Notes under the pieces: generated by a model
Told to the model about the DNA's origin: nothing
What the model saw: the letters and a program-made list of their open reading frames with translations, nothing else
Database searches by the model: none
Made by a program: the position numbers and the translations under genes
Shown: positions 56,491 to 64,000 of the stretch, one piece after another
Layout of the letters: every line of letters begins with the position of its first letter
How positions within the stretch are numbered: position 1 is the first letter of the stretch
Assembly (NCBI GenBank): GCA_964401555.1
Contig: CAYNYW010000007.1
Span: forward strand, 64,201-128,200
DNA length: 64,000 nt
Reading direction: 5' to 3'
Source of the DNA: an uncultured Defluviicoccus sp.
GTDB lineage: Bacteria; Pseudomonadota; Alphaproteobacteria; Rhodospirillales; Defluviicoccaceae

Positions 56491-57699
56491 ATGAGTGACG
56501 CGCCCACCGGTGCGCATGCAGGCGGACATGCCGGCGCCGCGCCGCCGCGTCCCGCGCCCAATGCGGCGCTGGTGCTCGATGATGGCAGCGTGTTCATGGG
56601 CTTCGGCGCCGGTGCCCATGGTGTCGCCGTTGGCGAGGTCTGCTTCAACACGTCCTATACCGGCTACCAGGAAATCCTGAGCGACCCATCCTACGCCGGC
56701 CAGATCATCACCTTCACTTTTCCCCACATCGGCAACGTCGGGGTCAATGCCGAGGACGTCGAAAGCACGACACCTGCGGTACGCGGCTGCGTTTTTCGCG
56801 AGCCGATCACCCAACCCGCCAACTGGCGCGCACACGGCCATCTCGACGCCTGGCTCAAGACGCACCAACTGGTGGCCATTTCCGGCGTCGATACGCGGCG
56901 GCTCACCAAACGCATCCGCGACGGCGGCGCGCCCAAAGGGGCGCTGATCCATGCCCCCGACGACGAGATCAACGTCAAGGCCCTGCAGTTCATGGCACGG
57001 CAATGGCCCGGTCTCGAAGGTGCCGATCTGGCGCAGGAGGTGATGTGCCGGCAAAGCTACGTCTGGGAGGAAACGCGCTGGCGTTGGGGCGAAGGCTACG
57101 GCCGCATTGGTGAGCCGCGCTGCCACGTCGTCGCCATCGACTATGGCGCCAAACGCAACATCCTGCGCTGCCTCGCTGATCTCGGCTGCCAGGTGACCGT
57201 GGTGCCGGGCACCGCCGGCATCGAGGATGTGCTGCGTCATCGGCCAGACGGCGTTTTCCTGTCCAACGGCCCCGGCGACCCGGCGGCCACCGGCGCCTAT
57301 GCCGTCCCGGTCATTCGCGCCCTCCTGGCGCGGCGGTTGCCGCTGTTCGGTATCTGCCTCGGCCATCAGATGCTGGCAATTGCGCTCGGCGCGCGCACCT
57401 ACAAGCTGCATCTCGGCCACCGCGGCGCCAACCATCCGGTCAAGGAATTGAGCACGCACCGCGTCGAGATTACCAGCCAGAACCACGGCTTTGCCGTCGA
57501 CCGGACGAGCCTGCCGCCCGGCGTCATCGAAACCCACGTCTCGCTGTTCGATGGGACCAATGAAGGCCTGCGCCTCGACGGCGCGCCGGTGTTCTCCGTG
57601 CAGTATCATCCCGAAGCCTCGCCGGGGCCGCACGACAGCCACTATCTTTTCGAGCGTTTTGTGCAATCCATGCAGTCGACGGCGGCATCGGCGGCGTAA
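56491..57699 (+). CDS. carA: carbamoyl-phosphate synthase small (glutaminase) subunit
   Basis: Shows GEVCFNTSYTGYQEILSDPSYAGQII.FTFPHIGNVG, the catalytic LFGICLGHQML and VQYHPEASPGPHD. Confidence 0.9.
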   Translation: MSDAPTGAHAGGHAGAAPPRPAPNAALVLDDGSVFMGFGAGAHGVAVGEVCFNTSYTGYQEILSDPSYAGQIITFTFPHIGNVGVNAEDVESTTPAVRGCVFREPITQPANWRAHGHLDAWLKTHQLVAISGVDTRRLTKRIRDGGAPKGALIHAPDDEINVKALQFMARQWPGLEGADLAQEVMCRQSYVWEETRWRWGEGYGRIGEPRCHVVAIDYGAKRNILRCLADLGCQVTVVPGTAGIEDVLRHRPDGVFLSNGPGDPAATGAYAVPVIRALLARRLPLFGICLGHQMLAIALGARTYKLHLGHRGANHPVKELSTHRVEITSQNHGFAVDRTSLPPGVIETHVSLFDGTNEGLRLDGAPVFSVQYHPEASPGPHDSHYLFERFVQSMQSTAASAA

Positions 57700-57802
57700 C
57701 CACCGCCGGCGCACCGTGCCGTCCGGAACTCCGGCGGTGCCGATCTTGAGGATGCCGGCGCCGCCCCTTGCGTGCCCATCAGTGTAAAAGCCCGGACCCG
57801 TC

Positions 57803-61045
<3,243 letters not shown>

Positions 61046-61150
61046 AGACGGGTAACCCCGTGTCCGGCGGCGGCCGCAGTGGGGCCGCGCGCGCCGGGCC
61101 ACCGATCGGACATTCCGTGGCCATCTTCATATCCTGAAGCGAGGTTGAAC

Positions 61151-61624
61151 ATGGAAAAGATCCCCATGACCCGGGATGGGCTTGTGCAGATCGAAGACGA
61201 GCTGAAGCGCCTGCGCATCGAGGAGCGGCCGGCGGTGATCCGGGCCATCGCCGAAGCCCGCGAGCACGGCGATCTGTCCGAGAACGCCGAGTACCACGCG
61301 GCGCGGGAGCGGCAGAGCTTTATCGAGGGCCGCATGGCCGAGCTTGAAGACATCATCAGCCGCGCCCAGGTGATCGACACGACGGGCTTGAGCGGCGACG
61401 TCGTGCGCTTCGGTGCCACCGTCTCGCTGTGCGACGAGGACACCGAGGAGGAATCGACGTACCGGCTGGTTGGCAGCCACGAAGCCGATGCCGCCAACGG
61501 CCGGCTGTCGGTGACTTCGCCGCTGGGGCGGGCGCTGATCGGCAAGAAGCTGGGCGATGTCGTCGAGGTCAGCGCGCCGCGCGGTTCGCGCTCCTACGAG
61601 GTCATCAAGATCGTCTACGCGTGA
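61151..61624 (+). CDS. greA: transcription elongation factor GreA
   Basis: Shows MEKIPMTRDGL..L..EL..L...ERP.VIRAIAEAREHGDLSENAEYHAARE.Q. Confidence 0.9.
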   Translation: MEKIPMTRDGLVQIEDELKRLRIEERPAVIRAIAEAREHGDLSENAEYHAARERQSFIEGRMAELEDIISRAQVIDTTGLSGDVVRFGATVSLCDEDTEEESTYRLVGSHEADAANGRLSVTSPLGRALIGKKLGDVVEVSAPRGSRSYEVIKIVYA

Positions 61625-61658
61625 CGCGCACCGCCGACCGGGGATCGGGATCGGGCCG

Positions 61659-62669
61659 GTGAGCCAAACAAACACGCCGCCCACCGAGCGCTGGCGCCAA
61701 ACGGTGATCGAAGGTCTCGACAACGTCCTGACCGACGCGCACTTCGCGGAGCTGCCGAACTTCAGCCGCGGCAAGGTGCGTGATTGCTACGATCTGGCCG
61801 ACGGCCGGCGGATCATCGTCACTACCGACCGGCAGAGCGCGTTCGACCAAGTGCTGGCCGCCGTGCCGTTCAAGGGACAAGTGCTGACCGCCACCGCGCG
61901 CTTCTGGTTCGAGGCCACCGCCGATCTCGTTGCCAACCACGCCCTCGCCTACCCCGATCCGAATGTCATGGTGGTGCGGCGCCTTGCCATGCTGCCGGTC
62001 GAGGTTGTCTGCCGCGATTATCTCGCTGGCACCACCGCAACCTCGATCTGGCCGATGTATGCGCGCGGCGAGCGGACGATGTACGGGCTTACCTTCCCCG
62101 AGGGCCTGCGCCGGAACGAAAAGCTGCCGGCGACCATCCTCACGCCGACGACCAAGGCGTCGGGCGCCGAGCACGATCGCCCGATCGCCGCCGACGAAAT
62201 CGTCGCGACCGGTCTGTTGAGCCAGGCACGGTGGGCCGAAATCAGCGCCGCCGCGCTGGCGCTGTTCGCCCGCGGCCGCGCCATCGCCGCCGAGCGCGGT
62301 CTGATCCTGGTCGACACCAAGTACGAATTCGGCCTCGATGAAGAAGGTCGTCTCGTGTTGGCGGACGAGATCCACACCCCCGATTCCAGCCGCTACTGGC
62401 GGGCGGAAAGCTATGCCCGTCGGTTCGCCGCGGGCGAGGACCCCGAAACCCTCGACAAGGATTTCCTGCGCCGCTGGATCGCATCGCGCTGCGATCCCTA
62501 TGCCGAGCCGATCCCGGCGATTCCCGATGCGACGCGGGTCGATTTCGCGCTGCGCTACATCGCGCTGTACGAGGCGGTGACCGGCCTGGCCTTCGTGCCG
62601 GCCGAGCCCGACCAGTCGGTGCGCGAGCGCGTCCGTCGCCGCCTGCTCGATTACCTCGCCGGCGCGTAA
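61659..62669 (+). CDS. purC: phosphoribosylaminoimidazole-succinocarboxamide synthase (long type)
   Basis: Shows SRGKVRDCYDL, TDRQSAFD, LILVDTKYEFG and ADEIHTPDSSRYW. GTG start inferred. Confidence 0.85.
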   Translation: MSQTNTPPTERWRQTVIEGLDNVLTDAHFAELPNFSRGKVRDCYDLADGRRIIVTTDRQSAFDQVLAAVPFKGQVLTATARFWFEATADLVANHALAYPDPNVMVVRRLAMLPVEVVCRDYLAGTTATSIWPMYARGERTMYGLTFPEGLRRNEKLPATILTPTTKASGAEHDRPIAADEIVATGLLSQARWAEISAAALALFARGRAIAAERGLILVDTKYEFGLDEEGRLVLADEIHTPDSSRYWRAESYARRFAAGEDPETLDKDFLRRWIASRCDPYAEPIPAIPDATRVDFALRYIALYEAVTGLAFVPAEPDQSVRERVRRRLLDYLAGA

Positions 62670-62800
62670 GCACCGGATTTCGCCCCGCCGCAGCCGCCAA
62701 GAGTGCTTGCGCAGCGCAGCAACGAACCATATCCTTGGTCGATGCTGCGGCTTTCTGCGGCGCCTTTCCGGGGCGTCGGCTGACGGGGGTAAACGGTTTC

Positions 62801-63823
62801 GTGCAGCACGAAAGCAAGGTGGTGATCCTCGGCTCGGGCCCGGCCGGTTACACGGCCGCGATTTATGCCGCGCGCGCGAACCTCGCCCCGATCCTGGTCA
62901 AGGGATTGCAGCCCGGCGGCCAGCTCACCATCACCACCGACGTCGAGAACTTCCCCGGCTTCGCCGAGACGGTGCAGGGCCCGGCCCTGATGGAGGCGAT
63001 GGGCGCGCAGGCCGAGAAGGTCGGCACGCGCACATTCGACGATACCATCGTCGCGGTCGATCTCGACCGCCGGCCGTTCGTCCTGACCGGCGACAGCGGC
63101 GAACGCTACGCGGGGGATGCGCTGATCATTTGTACCGGGGCGCAGGCGCGCTGGCTGGGCCTGCCGAGCGAGGAGAAATTCAAGGGCTTCGGTGTTTCGG
63201 CGTGCGCCACCTGCGATGGCTTTTTCTTCCGCGGCCGGCAGGTCGCCGTCATCGGCGGCGGCAATTCGGCGGTGGAAGAGGCGCTGTTCCTCACCAACTT
63301 CGCCACCCGCGTGACCCTGATCCACCGCCGCGACCGGCTGCGGGCGGAGAAGATCCTGCAAGACCGCCTGTTCCGCAACGAGAAGATCGACGTGCTCTGG
63401 GAGCATGTCGTCGACGACATCGAAGGCAACGAGGGTGACGGCCCGCGTGCGGTCACCGGCTTGCGCCTGCGCCATGCCCGCACCGGCGCACCTTCGGCGC
63501 TCGCCGTCGATGGCGTGTTCATCGCCATCGGCCACACGCCCAACACCGGGCTGTTCGCCGGCCGCATCGCCATGGATGACGACGGCTACATCCTCACCCG
63601 GCCCGGCTCGACCGAAACCAGCTTGGCGGGCGTGTTCGCCGCCGGCGACGTCCAGGACAAGGTTTTCCGCCAGGCGGTGACCGCCGCCGGCACCGGCTGC
63701 ATGGCGGCGCTCGAAGCCGAGCGCTATCTCGCCGCCTTGGGCGAGGAAACGGCGCCCGACGATGATCGGATGCTCCGCCGCGAGCGGCAGCACGCGCGGA
63801 TCGAGGCCGGCGGCGGCCGCTGA
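62801..63823 (+). CDS. trxB: thioredoxin-disulfide reductase
   Basis: Shows VVILGSGPAGYTAAIYAARA, active site SACATCDGFFF, GGGNSAVEEALFL, FAAGDVQD and AGTGCMAALEAERYL. GTG start inferred. Confidence 0.9.
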   Translation: MQHESKVVILGSGPAGYTAAIYAARANLAPILVKGLQPGGQLTITTDVENFPGFAETVQGPALMEAMGAQAEKVGTRTFDDTIVAVDLDRRPFVLTGDSGERYAGDALIICTGAQARWLGLPSEEKFKGFGVSACATCDGFFFRGRQVAVIGGGNSAVEEALFLTNFATRVTLIHRRDRLRAEKILQDRLFRNEKIDVLWEHVVDDIEGNEGDGPRAVTGLRLRHARTGAPSALAVDGVFIAIGHTPNTGLFAGRIAMDDDGYILTRPGSTETSLAGVFAAGDVQDKVFRQAVTAAGTGCMAALEAERYLAALGEETAPDDDRMLRRERQHARIEAGGGR

Positions 63824-63951
63824 CCGTCGCCGGGACGGACGACCGGCCGGGACATGGTTTAGCCGGCCGCCAAAAAAAGACGCCTCTGGAGCAACATCAA
63901 GCCCGGGGCACACAGGACAGATGGGCAGGCAGACGTCAGGGGTGAGGCACC

Positions 63952-64000
63952 ATGTCGATGGACTGGGACAAGATCCGCGTCTTCTACGCGGTCGCGGAGG
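63952..64000 (+). CDS. LysR-family transcriptional regulator, first 16 codons only (runs off window)
   Basis: Own translation MSMDWDKIRVFYAVAE matches the typical LysR HTH N-terminus. Confidence 0.5.
   Translation, partial: MSMDWDKIRVFYAVAE

Noticed and set aside
63700-63823. About 30-residue C-terminal tail on TrxB after the AERYL motif.
   Set aside because: It is Arg/Asp/Ala-rich and low-complexity. Tail length varies among TrxB homologues, and there is no evidence of a fused domain.
63851-63886. Hairpin GGCCGG-N12-CCGGCC followed by an A7 run after trxB, as a possible terminator.
   Set aside because: The homopolymer is A (not T) on the trxB strand, and on the opposite strand it precedes the stem. 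Neither orientation fits an intrinsic terminator.

Overview
High-GC chromosomal segment with alphaproteobacterial-type gene content and synteny. It is dominated by housekeeping operons. These include a Mo-hydroxylase operon (partial at the left edge), a DinG-like helicase, a complete Pho regulon block (phoR, pstSCAB, phoU, phoB), uvrD-prmA, moaB, a lytic transglycosylase, a family-4 UDG, ETF-QO and ispE. They also include three tRNAs (Gln-UUG, Gly-CCC, Val-GAC), apaG, cobD/marC, yfgM-like/bamB/der, serA-serC, clpS-clpA, carA-carB-greA, purC and trxB. I see no rRNA, CRISPR array, IS element, integrase or recognisable defence system. Accessory-looking parts are small: (i) an intact but orphan phage terminase pair (terS-terL, 44.3-46.2 kb) with its own AT-rich promoter and palindrome, followed by about 0.9 kb of ORF-poor, hairpin-rich DNA; (ii) a visibly lower-GC three-gene sugar-nucleotide/glycosyltransferase cluster (31.5-34.8 kb); (iii) an MBL-fold hydrolase segment bracketed by two copies of the clpA 3'-terminal coding sequence (52.55 and 54.07 kb). 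A recurring small-scale feature is short (13-18 bp) head-to-tail tandem duplication, seen at five loci; one of these is a perfect in-frame 18-bp duplication inside the helicase gene. I cannot show that a novel multi-gene system is present. The orphan terminase operon plus the adjacent non-coding stretch is the best candidate for follow-up. All product calls rest on motifs I recognise in the supplied translations; no database search was possible. Many start codons are uncertain, because the ORF track extends to the most upstream ATG/GTG/TTG.
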